A stretch of DNA of 64,000 nucleotides from Podarcis cretensis (Eukaryota): NCBI GenBank assembly GCA_951804945.1, contig OX638152.1, positions 12,524,001 to 12,588,000 of the forward strand, read 5' to 3'. The position numbers and the translations under genes were made by a program. Each line of letters starts with the position of its first letter. Within the stretch, counting starts at the first letter, position 1. Shown here piece by piece: positions 11,986-23,341 of this stretch. The notes beneath the pieces were generated by a model that had not been told where the DNA came from, did not search any database, and saw only the letters and a list, made by a program, of their open reading frames with translations.

Positions 11986-12159
11986 TTAAGTAAGTCTGCT
12001 TCAAAACTAGAGGGCTGAAATCCGCCTAGTGCTCCAGCAGCTGAAAATCTCATACGTCACTGAGATTTGTATGGGGAACATGTAAATGCAGAAACCAACA
12101 AGACAAAACCAAGGAAGATTCTAGTGCCATTTTAAGAACTAACACTTTTAGCATAGCGT

Positions 12160-12500
12160 TGAATCTCTGATCCTAAACCTCCTCTGCCTTGTGTGATATC
12201 TTCAGAAGAAAAGGCTAAGAAGTAAACCCTACACAAATCCAGAATGGAGTTCCAAAGATGGATGACATCTTGTACGCCTCCTTCCAGCAACTCCTGTAGC
12301 CAAGCTGTTGCCAGACATATTGCTCTGCTTTCCTTTGGACCATATCAGCAAGGCCAAGAGGGGATCTTGTCATCTGGGCAGCCATAGGACCTCCATATAC
12401 ACTGGCCAGCCTTGTGCCCAGAGAGGTCACTTCAGTGCTGCTAGCACAGTGGTTTGACTTCACCCCCAGAGGCACATTCCATTGTCCATTGATACAGATC
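12160..12500 (+). mobile_element. Dispersed repeat resembling an RTE-clade 5' region
   Basis: Reverse-complement homology to 41690-42025 and 57560-57950 (CTCTGATCCTAAACCTCC..GTAAACCCTACACAAATC..GCTTTCCTTTGGACC). Family and strand assignment are from recall. Confidence 0.6.
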
Positions 12501-13943
12501 TGTGCCAACCATGTTTTGTGTTCAGAACCCACTTCCACCACGATGCATGAATTAGTCACTTAAGTCTTTTTTTATAAATAAACAACCAGGAAAAAGGAAA
12601 AGAAGGCAGAGAATACAAAATATGTAGAAGCAAGAGTGGGGAAGAGAGATGAGATTAACAAAATAGAGTGGGGAAACTTTACTGGTAAATGTAAATGTGC
12701 AGCATGATTGCTGAAAATTTAGGTTACCCTGAAGAGCAATGAAAGTAGTCAGAAAGTAGATATTAAGGCTAACTGTTATATCTTCCCTAGGTTATTGCTG
12801 TACAGAGGCCCTTTCTAACCAAAACTGCTTTTCTTTTGCATTTCTACACTGCAGGTGCTGATCTTGCATTCTGCTCCAGCAAATGAGTCACTAAGGCATT
12901 AGCCAGTCCTGTAGATGAGGAAATACATGTGCCAGTTTGTTTTGCCTTCTGCTTTGAAACCCAAGAGCATATCTTGCTGAAATGTTTTGGTTAGTGCTTT
13001 CCCAACTTCAGACCCCTGCTCTCCCCAATTCCATAATTTAAAATCAGAACCTTTACTCTTGTATCTGAAAAACTTCCCCATTTTTAAAGAATCCCAATAA
13101 TAATACCTACCCTCAGAGAAGTATGCTTTCTGTATTCACCTCCTCACTGGAAGGAAGCAAGTTCTGAACAATGAGTTATGCAGAGATGCAATGGATAAGG
13201 TTATTGGTGAATGAGCTGTCACAGTTCACGAGAGAGTTTCGATGGGGAGCTCTAGTGTAGCCAGTCCCATCCATGTTTGCTGTCAATGTTGATCAGCCGG
13301 CCATTGATGTCAGCAAACTTTTGTTTGCAAAGGAACAATACAGAGCTAACTTTGATTACCCCTTTGTAGCCATGTCCTTACCTGCTTTGCACTTCACATT
13401 ACATCTTATGTCAGGTGAGGGGCCAAATTTGAACCAGTGCTGGACCTAATTAGGCCTATTATCTGGAAGTTGCCAACCCCTGGCTTTGGCAGTGGAGCTA
13501 ATTACCTGTTGCACTCCATGGGCCACACAACCTGAATTACTACATATCAGGGACTCTTAACAGTCCAAGTAGTTTTTATTTTTTATTTTAATTCTTACCA
13601 TCCTGCTACCGTGAGATCCCAGGGTGGATTACAGCAATAAAAAATACAATATTAAAATCAGTTTGAAATAAATTATATTCAAGAGAATAGGGAACTACGG
13701 TAATATATGTACAAATGTGTGTGTGTGTGTGAATCAAGTGTCAAAGGCCAGGGTAAAGTGCAAACAATAAAGCTTTTTGTCAATTAAAATAACAGAGAGT
13801 CAGAATTGGTGGCTGCTATACTACAAATCGCATTGAGTGATGCATGTCTAGGTTAAGAAACATCCACACTGTAGGAATATGAGCAGACTTGGTATGACTA
13901 ACAATAAACTATGTTGTCTCTTGGTAGCTAACCCTGGGAGCAC

Positions 13944-14053
13944 ATGAATGGCAGACATCTCCTGGCTGCTTCTGTAATTTCTGTCCAGAACTCCAATTTT
14001 GTATATCCTTCATGTCAAAACTGCTTTTCCAGGCTACTCCTAGATTTGAAGAG
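13944..14053 (+). CDS. DDIAS: DNA damage-induced apoptosis suppressor (noxin/C11orf82), first coding exon
   Basis: MNGRHLLAASVISVQNSNFVYPSCQNCFSRLLLDLK(R) resembles the DDIAS N-terminus (LLASV..QNSSFIYPSCQKCFSR); acceptor TAG ending 13927, donor AG|GTAAGT. Not in the ORF track. Confidence 0.93.
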
Positions 14054-15146
14054 GTAAGTCCACTCCAGAGCACTGATAAATTTGGACTATCATCTAGCAC
14101 AGCACAAATAGGAAAGCTGTGGCCCTCCGAATGTTGGGCTTCAACTCCCATAAAATCCAGCCATCATAGCTAGTGATCACAGATTATGGGAGTTGTAGTC
14201 TAATAACACCTGGGGAGTCACAGTTCAAAAAGTGTGCAATGAATTCTCTAGGCCTGGGGTCAGTTTGAAACAACATTGTTTCCCCACTTGCATGACATTT
14301 GGGGCTATATGGCAATGGGTAATTTGCATACAAAATTCACATGAACTTTTATTATTGATTGATTGATTCATTGATTGAATTTATATACCATCCTATACCC
14401 GGAGGTCTCAGTCTGCTTGTCATGTGACTGAGGCTTGCTTTGCTGTAGTGGAGACCAGACCATGGCATTACAGAAGTACAAGACTTCCATCAGCAATTTA
14501 AGCATTATGCACTATGAGGCTAACACCATGTAGTGATAGTTTATCATTTTAAGACATTTATTTATCTGAGATAAATTTATCTGGCCATGTTAAGTAAATG
14601 GCAGTTTGTGGGCATTCTCTAAAGTTGGATGGGCATTCTCAGCTGGGAGCTACATTCCAGCCATACAAAAGCCAGAGATGTTCCTTTAAGTGGCCACACG
14701 CACAACCTTCAAGCAGGCAAGTAAGAGGACTTGTCACAGTTCAAGGACACCTTCCAGACAGGCAAAGCATCCAAGGACATGGAGCAAGGTCAGTGGGGGA
14801 GTGTGGCCTTGAGAGAGTAGAATAGAGAAAGTCCTAAGGGCCAGATAGCAGGGCCTCATTTGATCCTCAGGCTTGGAAGTTTGTCACATGGGGCAGCAGA
14901 AGGCAAATGCCATAGTTCAGTGTTTCCCAACCTTTTTTGGGCAAAGGCACACTTGTTTCATGAAAAAAATCTCGAGGCACACCACCATTAGAAAATGTTT
15001 AAAAAATTAACTCTGTGCCTATATTGACTATATATAAAGTAACTCTCTTTAATAGGAATCAAATAAACACAAAGAAAGTATTTTATAATTACTTTATTAT
15101 GAAATAGTAAGTAAACAGAAATATGAAAAATTATAAAATACTTTAT

Positions 15147-15851
15147 TCAGTGCGCAACCTGGGCCTGTTTGGCTGAACACAAAGCTGATATTCTGGCTGG
15201 AATCGAAGAAAGACACACACGTAGCTCTTCGTCAACAGCTCTCAGTCTCTCTCTGTATTTAGTTTTTATAGCAATCATGCTTGAAAAGCTCAACTCACAG
15301 AGATATGTAGTGGAAAATGGGAGCAATGTCAAAATAGCTTTGTTTGCCAGAAGGGGGAACTCCTTGGCAGTTTCCAACCAAAAACTGTCCAAAGGTAGAT
15401 CAGCAAATCTTAGCTTGAAACCACGATTTTGTCTCAGTTCAGTTAGTTCCTCCTGCTCCTGTAAAGTCATGTCCTTTCCACCAACTGATGCTGAGCTATA
15501 AGGGTCCCTAACCCAGTCAAGGCATTCAGTGGAGACTGAAGAGAAATAAAATGACAACTTCCCCTCGAGAGTTTTTAAATGTTTACCTATTATCTCACAC
15601 AGTGCAGCAGTGTGAACACCTTGCCATTGCTTGGTGAGTGTGAACATTTCAAGATTGCCACTTTCCACGTGTTGATGCCAGAGTTGCACCTTTGAACGGA
15701 ATCCATTTATTTTATCTGTACTTGTAAGCAGGTTTTCATTTCGGCCTTGCATTCGTGTGTTCAGTTCATTCAGATGATGAAATATATCTGCCAGGTATGC
15801 CAGCCTTGCACACCACTCATCACTTGCAAGCAGCTTTGCGTAATCTGACCT
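15147..15851 (-). pseudogene. Buster transposase, C-terminal part (catalytic Glu and hAT dimerisation region)
   Basis: [20 protein letters not shown]...WVRDPY...FW...[17 protein letters not shown]...K.R.RL; in frame with 18337-19512 after removing the L1 insert. Confidence 0.93.
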
Positions 15852-16215
15852 CTCATTTGTCAGAAACACTTTATTTATTTTTTAAATGATATTTATTAAG
15901 TTTCACAAAATATAACAAACTTCGAAACAACAAACAACAAACATCAAAAATACAAACAATATCAAAAATCATAAGAAAAAAAAACATGGAAAAGATTCAA
16001 CATAATAATAAAAGAAAAATTAAAAGAAAACTCTGGTTCATTCTAATAGTCTTCAAAACCTTATTTTCCTTGCTTCCTCCCGCCTTCCCTTCTTGTATTC
16101 CACTTTAAAAGTTTTTTCAGCAAGCTCATTCATATTCGTTTTCATCCTTTATCTTTCCCTTTATACTCTTCCTTATCCTAATCACTAGAACCCCAACATT
16201 TCATTTACACTGCCC

Positions 16216-16671
16216 TTAGCACTCATAGATTTTACAATGATTTTGTAGATAAACTTTAAACTTCTTCCAATCTTCTTCCACCAACTCTTCTCCTTGATCT
16301 CGGATTCTGCCGGTCATTTCTGCCAATTCCATATAGTCTATTACTTGTATCTGCCATTCTTCCAGGGTGGGTAGGTCTTGTGTCTTCCAGTGTTTTGCGA
16401 TGAGTATTCTTGCTGCTGCAGTAGCATACATAAAAAAGGTTCTATCCTTCTTTAATACCAATTGGCCGACCATGCCCAGGAGAAAGGCCTCTGGTTTCTT
16501 TAGGAAAGTATATTTAAATACCTTTTTCATTTCATTATAAATCATCTCCCAGAAAGCCTTGATCCTTGGGCACGTCCACCAAAGGTGAAAGAATATACCT
16601 TCAATCTCTTTACATTTCCAGCATTTATTATCGGGCAAATGATAGATTTTTGCAAGCTTGACTGGGGTCAT
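16216..16671 (-). CDS. L1 ORF2 C-terminal Cys-rich segment (151-aa open frame)
   Basis: (RWY)MTPVKLAKIY...CWKC...FFHLWWTC..IKAFW...AAARILIAKHWK...W: the CCHC-type motif of non-mammalian L1 ORF2. Confidence 0.8.
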   Translation of the reverse strand: MTPVKLAKIYHLPDNKCWKCKEIEGIFFHLWWTCPRIKAFWEMIYNEMKKVFKYTFLKKPEAFLLGMVGQLVLKKDRTFFMYATAAARILIAKHWKTQDLPTLEEWQIQVIDYMELAEMTGRIRDQGEELVEEDWKKFKVYLQNHCKIYEC

Positions 16672-16678
16672 GTACCAC

Positions 16679-17383
16679 CTAATGTAAGCTCAATATTTTG
16701 TCTCTTTCTTCTTTTGATCTTAACGAAATCAAGCAGTCCCTCGCCTTGTTCTTCCTTCTAACCCTTCCCAGTTGGAAGGCACTCACTATCTTAATTTCTT
16801 CAGGGTCCAGACCCCAGAAAGTCTCAAACTCCAGTGTGAGGAACTCTATTAATTCTCCTTCCTCTGTTTCCGGAACTGCTCTTATTCTCAAGTTGGCCTG
16901 CTTTTCCTTAAGTTCAATCAAAGAGAATTGTGCCTTGTAGTCATCCAATCTTCTATTAATTGGCGGTATTTTTTCCTCTACCGCCAAGATCCTCTCTTTC
17001 GCTTCCTCTGCTGTCTGTTTTGTCTCCTTGGATTCCTGCAGTAGCCTATCAATTGCCTGGGTATTGGAGTTCACTTTCTGCCCCACATCATTCACCTTTT
17101 GTCCAAGGTCTTTAATAGTTGAAGTGTTTAAGTCTATCTTGGTTGACAAATTTTGTAGAGCTGAGAGAATCTTATCCAATGTTGCAGAGTCTGATCCTAC
17201 TGGTCCTGCTCCTTTGGCTTCTTCTCTTTCTGTAACTTGTGGGACAGAAAGGCCTGTTAAAGATGGTCTTCTGTAGTGTTGTTGTTGCTGTGTCAGCAAT
17301 TGCTGCTGTTGTCTGGTTTTATATTTTATAACTTTCTCTTGCGCCTTCTCCTGAGCATTATCTTGTGGTTTGTCTTGATCCAT
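16679..17383 (-). CDS. L1 ORF1p, C-terminally truncated (coiled coil plus start of RRM), 234 aa
   Basis: Heptad-rich coiled coil followed by EKQANLRIRAVPETEE, matching the L1 ORF1 'NLRI.G.PE' RRM entry motif; ends at a TAG at the deletion junction. Confidence 0.82.
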   Translation of the reverse strand: MDQDKPQDNAQEKAQEKVIKYKTRQQQQLLTQQQQHYRRPSLTGLSVPQVTEREEAKGAGPVGSDSATLDKILSALQNLSTKIDLNTSTIKDLGQKVNDVGQKVNSNTQAIDRLLQESKETKQTAEEAKERILAVEEKIPPINRRLDDYKAQFSLIELKEKQANLRIRAVPETEEGELIEFLTLEFETFWGLDPEEIKIVSAFQLGRVRRKNKARDCLISLRSKEERDKILSLH

Positions 17384-18336
17384 TCCTACGGCTCAAGAAG
17401 TCAAGGTCACTTACACAGTTCTCACAGCTCCCAGGATTGTTCTCAGCAATAGTAAAAAGGCAGCTGCAGTGGAAAATTCCCAGCTATAACACAAGATACC
17501 TCTGGGGGAGCAGAGTAGCAAAATGTTTCATGGATGACAACTATAGAACAATGTCTTCGTAAATATAATAGTGTTACACAGATAGCAACAGTTACAAGCT
17601 CAGATAGTCCCAAAATGTTACCAATCTTTTGCAGAGGTCTGCTGTAATAGTTACAATGTCTATAAAACGGTGCATTCGAAGTGACCTTTCAATTACTTAA
17701 GGCAGACCGAAGTCAAGGATTAAGTGGTAGATTCAATCCCCCCCTTTCCCTTTTTTTGGGGGGGTTCTTCTGTCAGGCAGTGAGATTTAGCTCTTTATAA
17801 AATTTCAAATTCTGTGGTTCCCAGCTCCGATGTCCCTTGCTTTAAGCTGTCTACAAGTCGGCAAAGCAGGCTTCCTGTTTAAACTTTACCGATTTCAGAT
17901 TCAAATTCAAGATCAAAGTCCCAGGATCAAAGTGTCAAAGTCAAAGTCAAATTACTGGTTCGCTTATTTTAAGTCCTTTCCTTTGATCCTTTCAAAGTTT
18001 CCCCAGTCTTACTCACGGGTAGATGTTTCAATTCGATGTTCACAGGAAAAAGGTCAGCGCTCTCCGGCAACTGCTATGCAGCTTCACTCCGTAGAAGTAG
18101 CGATCGACTCCCAGCACAGCGCAACCCCGCTCCGCTCCGGAGCTCTTTACAGAGCTCCTTTGACAGTTCGGGGTGCGCTCCGTGTGCCCACTGAGCCCCA
18201 CGGCCTCAGGCTTCTCCCGCCTGCAGGTTTTTTAAGGGTCCCCCGCTTCGCTGCAGCGGTGGACCCGATTTCTACGGAGCTTCTCCCTCCGGTTAGAGGG
18301 AATCCGCCATTGCCGATAGGCGCCGCCTCCGGAAGC

Positions 18337-19512
18337 CTCATTTGTCAGAAACACTTTAAGTTCCTCCCGCAGCTCATACACACGAACCAAGACCTTGCCA
18401 CGCGACAACCACCGGACCTCCGTATGAAACAGCAAGGTTTTATGCTTCGCTCCCATCTCCTCACACAAAGCTGCAAATATGCGACTTTTCACGGGTCGTG
18501 ACTTTACAAAGTTTACCATGCGCACAACATCATTCAACACATGAACTAGGTCTGCTGGTAAAGTCTTGGCTACGAGGGCCTCACGGTGCAAAAAACAATG
18601 CGTAACAATCACATCTGGATTTCTTTCCTTCACTCTGCTTACAAAGCCTTTGGTGTGCCCGACCATGGCTGCAGCTCCATCGGTGCAGACACTTGTGCAG
18701 TTTTCCCACTTAAGCCCTCCTTGTTCAAGGTATTCTGATGTGACCCGAAAAATTTCTTCTCCTGTTGCTTTTTCTGGCAATGCCTTGCAGAAAAAGAAGT
18801 TTTCTCTAATTGCATCACCATCAACAAAACGCACATTGGCCAAGAGTTGAGCATGTCCACTGATATCAGTAGACTCGTCAAGTTGTAATGCAAATTTCTC
18901 ACTGCTATGGATCTTTTCCAAAACCACACTTTCAATGTCTGCAGACATGTCATTAATACGTCTGGAAATTGTGTTGTTTGAGAGAGGGACTTTGGCTATT
19001 TCCTTAGCTGCTTCAGGTCCGAGCATCTCCTCTACAATAGCTTTGCAGGCGGGAAGTATTAATGTCTCTGCCACAGTGTGCGACTTTTTTGACTTGGCTA
19101 TAAGTTCAGCAACGTGATAGCTAGCTTTAAGACCTCTTTCATTTACCTTTGAGGTTTGTCTCATGAAAGTTGCCTGTTTCTCCGTGTTTTCACGCAGGCG
19201 AACAAAATAGTCCGCATTCTTGTTTTGAAGCGAAGGGTGTTTCGTTTGGAGATGGCGTTTAAGTTTGCTTGGGACCATAGCACTGTTAGCTAGCTTTTCA
19301 CCACACACCACGCACAGTGGAGTTGGTTGGTTTGCATCTCCGGTGAAAGTAAATCCAAATGAAATATAGCTTTCGCTATATTGCCTTGTGCCAGAGAATT
19401 TGCTTGAGCTAACCATCTTTGCTTTCTTTTCATGCCCACTCATACTTGGGCTCTCATCTGGCTCCAAATTTTGTTCAGAGTCCAGTTCTTTTCTTTTCAA
19501 AAACTTTTCCAT
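18337..19512 (-). pseudogene. Buster transposase, N-terminal part (BED zinc finger, first two catalytic Asp, CxxH, RW)
   Basis: ATG at 19512 (MEKFLKRK); CVVC...RHLQTKH BED finger; [10 protein letters not shown]; VCTDGAAAM; HCFLHREAL; TEVRWLSRG. Confidence 0.95.
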
Positions 19513-21532
19513 CACTGCAGTATCCGGCCATCCAATTGCCACTGACAAACGGATACAGACCCCTTTTTCTTACAGCACAGCTCGCACAAATTTACACGCA
19601 ACACCCTTTTCGAATTAAAACACACAGTCTCACGAGAGCAAGGAGCAGCGATTTTATATTTTACGAAAAGAAGTCGCCAGAATCATACCACACATGGTGC
19701 CATCTGCGTGGAAAAAAAAAGCTTCCGTGTGTGTGCATTCCCTGTGGCCACTGTATCATTTAAACCTACATGCACTCATGCCAGAGCAGGTGTCTTGAAT
19801 CCCCAGAGCACTAATACTGCACATGTCGGCGAGGATACACCACAGCTGCTTTTCTCTTTAAACCATACTATAATCAGAGTAAACGACCCCTAGCAAACCC
19901 TGCTGAGGGTTTGCAGTTTGCACAGTCCGAGCTCACGCGTGTTCCCTGCAACTCCGCCTGCCTCCAACGGGACGTGCTCCCAAGTAAGCGCGTTTAGCAC
20001 TGCGGTGCTCGTTTGCCTGGTGATTTGCAATGGTCGGTGCTGGGCGATATTGTGCCCCGCTGGGCTTGTTTACGGAGCTCGGGCCTCCTCATGGAGTTGC
20101 TGGCTAAGTGACGGGTCTCCTGAACTTCTCAGGTATCCCGGTTCCCCAGAGGGCATAATGATCGCTGCCACGCGGGGTAACGTTACAAGGGCAAACTCCC
20201 GCTCTCGGGAGCCGAGGGCAGCAATTCCACGTGGCTGGAAAGAAAATGCGTGGAGCGCCTGCACGCCGGGAAGGGGCAAGATTCGGCTCCGTAGCAACCG
20301 GGAAAGGTGCAAAGCGTGTGGCACGTTTCAACTACCGGCTCCGGGCTCCCTCGGCCCCAAGCGGGAGGGGGGCGCCGAAAGAACCCGCCGCCTTTTTCCT
20401 GCTCCCGCGGCGAGGCTTTGCACTTTCTTTCCGGTTCTCTCCCCTGCGCCGTTTCCTAAATTTTCCTCTCGCCCAAGTCCTGCCAACTGCGAAAGTCAAC
20501 TGCCAACTGCGAAGAACCGTAGGACTGGGGGGTGGGTGGGTTGGAGAGAGAGCGCCGCGCAAGAGACGCTCCTCCTCCCTCTTCTTGCCCCCCTTCCTTC
20601 TCCCCCCCTCTTTTTTTCTTTCTTTCTTGCTGCGTCTGTTTGTACTTTAGCTCGCCCGCCTCCCTCCCATGGCACACCAGGCAACGTCTCGCGGCACACT
20701 AGTGTGCCGCGGAACACCGGTTGGGAAACACTGCCATAGTTTAAACTGCAGTGAAAAACTTGAGTATTTGGAACTGCAGTTGAAAGATTCGCCACACGGG
20801 GGAGCTGTATGGTTCAGCAGTATGTGATAAGTGAAGCCTAGTCCAGAAAAGCTTCTGCTTTAATAAATCTGTTAACATTTACACTCTAAAGTATGTCAAC
20901 ATCATTTCCAGTAATCTGTAATTCCTCTAACACAAAATAGATTAATTATCATTTTCCAATTGTTCACCGAGTAGCCCACCTTTCATTGTGATGCATTGCC
21001 AGGTTTAATTCCCCCTTTAGGGCTTAACCTGAAGCAGGGCATAGTTCTGGCCTCTAAAGGGTCAACTCTCTCTTTTAGAACATACAAAATGACAAAGAGT
21101 GCACAAAGAGTATATAACTGCAACCAGTTCTGTCCCCCAGGAGGTCACAGAGTGAGTCTCCCATACAGGATTGTTTCCCACCGCTTCTCACTTATGAAAT
21201 TAAATTGTCTGTTGCAGATGGGGACTGCCTTTTCCTAACCAGCTCTGTGAGTTCAAATCTGAGCTGAGGTTTGAATCCTCCGCTCAGAACCTGTGAAAGC
21301 AGGTTGCTTATGCCATTTTCATTCATTTTTTCCTAAGGCAACAATCCCAAGTACACTTCCTAGGAAGTAAATCTAATGGGACTCAGTGGAACTTGCTTCC
21401 AAGCAAATATGCAAAGGATTGTGCTGTTAGATTATTAAGATGACAGGTGATTAAAGACTTAGGTTGGGAAGCTGGTATGCACCTGCAATATTTGTCAGCT
21501 TCCAGTAGCTTTTTCATCTGGTCTTTTAACAG

Positions 21533-21694
21533 GTACAGTTGCCTGAAGTGTGGCTGCTCAGGTGACTCTAGGGAAGCGAACTACAGGTATCGACTCTCAC
21601 TAGAGGTAGCCGACACTCGTGATGTATTTGAGGTGACAGTATTTGGAAGCTGTTTGGATACTTTCTTTGGAGTGACAGCAAAGGGACTGCAGAG
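21533..21694 (+). CDS. DDIAS: DDIAS coding exon 2 (zinc-binding OB fold)
   Basis: YSCLKCGCSGDSREANYRYRLSLEVADTRDVFEVTVFGSCLDTFFGVTAKGLQR; 162 nt; CAG acceptor, AG|GTAAGG donor; phases fit the neighbouring exons. Confidence 0.95.
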
Positions 21695-22739
21695 GTAAGG
21701 AATGCAATATCATTTCTCTGCTGAAAATGAGTGTTTCCCCCTCCCCCCCCACCCAGTACATCCCAGACTGCATGTGATGTAATTATGTCTCTAAAAACAG
21801 TTGCGGCACATTTTGCTGCTTGGATACCAAGCTGGTATTTATTAATAGGGGCAATTAAATCTGTGCAGCTATGAAATTTGTGGACATTCAGCAAACCCAG
21901 CATATTCTAGTGGGGTAGATCCCTGGACAAATCTGGACTCAAATTCCCTCTCAGCTTTCCTTAAAACATTTTTTAAATTGATGTTTGTGTATATAAACAT
22001 CCATCTGTAAGATGAAAGAAGAGCAAACAATGACTACATCTTGCCACCTAACCCTGATTTCAGTTTATAAGAAAAAGGGAGCATGATTGCTTCATGCCCT
22101 GCATTTAAAAAAATGGCAATAATCAGTCTTTGTCCTGAAAATTCAAGCTCTACACTGCATGTGTACCAGTGAGTAACACTGAGGTAAGCTGGAGCAAAGC
22201 AGGTACAGCCTAATGTAGCATACTTAAGCTAAACTGTCTTGCAGTATTTGCAGAAGATGAGCCACTAATGGACAAAAATGAAGGGTTCTGATAACAGTCA
22301 GAGGCCATGAGAAAATGCTTTGTGTTCTCAAACTTCTATGCTTTATAAGAGAATGATGATTTGGACCAAGGTTTGAAACAGTGGCTGGGGGGCGGGGGGC
22401 AAAAACTGTATTTTTTAAAAAGAAGCAAAGTAAAGATTCTCAGGAGCCCTGATTGATGCTAACTAGGCCCAGATAGCAATCTGTTGTCATATGACTCACT
22501 TCTATTTCTGATACTAAGCCAGGCTTTTTAGCCACCTGCGAGCCATTTAAAGCTCTTCTGAGCTCTTTTGGGAACAGCAGGGTGCAAGTGAAAGAAATTA
22601 TAACCAAAGAATTGACTGAGTTGCTCAAATTCATATGTGGACTTTGATACCTTATTCCAGTATTCCATTAAAGGTAGCCAGATTATAACAGAAGCAACAA
22701 CTTGCAGAGTTCTCTCTCCATGTAATTCAAAAAGACCCT

Positions 22740-22975
22740 CTTCATATGGGGATAGACATGGTAACATTCCCCCCTTCGCTGGGAGAAGAAACGCCATGGT
22801 GCATTTGCAGCAGCACAACCAGACACCGTCATTTGCCCCAGCTGCAACAAAACATGTCTCTCCCACATCGGTCTCTACCGCACAGCAGACACTGCAACCT
22901 TCCAAAAGCTTGAGTTCACCCCCAAAGGCACAATCCTCCATCATCTCCCGAGACAGATGGATGCCAACAACAACA
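22740..22975 (+). mobile_element. RTE-clade LINE 3' end
   Basis: Degenerate ICPSCNKTCLSHIGL..H...C zinc finger followed by GATGCC(AAC)n tail. Confidence 0.7.
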
Positions 22976-23341
22976 GCTCCCTAATTCATAATTTTCAAGC
23001 CTTTTTCAGGTTTCAGTGTATTCAGGCTTTTGGTTCATCTTGTCCAGTATTTACGAGTATCTGCTGTAACTGAGAACAGCTCTCAAAGGCCCCAGGTAAA
23101 GATCTTTGATAAACCTGGGAGACTGTCCCAAGAAATCTGATACATACAAAGGAGATGGAAGGAAGGAGGGAATCTGTTTCCTTTTTCACGGCAGGCCTGG
23201 AAAACCTAAGTTCAGCTTCTTCTATTGTACAAGTACAGGGATTGAAGGAGGCATTACAATTTGAATATGATGGATGCTGTCCTTTTCGGATACACAGGCA
23301 GACATTTGCACGTACATTTTCAACTTGCTAATACATGTGCA

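Larger units (their letters stand above)
15874..18336 (-). mobile_element. Internally deleted LINE-1 with both ends intact (non-autonomous; no EN or RT)
   Basis: 21-22 bp TSD CTCATTTGTCAGAAACACTTT(A) at 15852-15873 and 18337-18358; target TT/AAAG; GC-rich 5' start, ~950-bp 5'UTR, partial ORF1, ORF2 C-terminus, 3'UTR, AATAAA and A-rich tail. Confidence 0.92.
14918..20733 (-). mobile_element. Complete hAT DNA transposon, Buster/Charlie family, carrying a nested L1-derived insertion
   Basis: Perfect 15-bp TIRs CAGTGTTTCCCAACC; perfect 8-bp TSD CCATAGTT (14910-14917, 20734-20741; NNNTANNN pattern); subterminal GGCACAC motifs. Length is 3331 bp once the nested insert and one TSD copy are removed. 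Confidence 0.97.

Noticed and set aside
17830-18501. 223-aa antisense ORF (possible L1 ORF0 analogue)
   Set aside because: It spans the L1/transposase junction and has no recognisable motif; it cannot be told apart from a chance ORF.
15147-19548. Domesticated ZBED5/ZBED8/SCAND3/FAM200-like host gene
   Set aside because: It is flanked by perfect TIRs and a TSD and is interrupted by an L1, so it is a transposon copy. The ORF-track start at 19548 is TTG; the first ATG is at 19512.
19918-20739. 273-aa plus-strand ORF
   Set aside because: A by-product of the GC-rich transposon leader; no recognisable domain, and it runs through the TIR.
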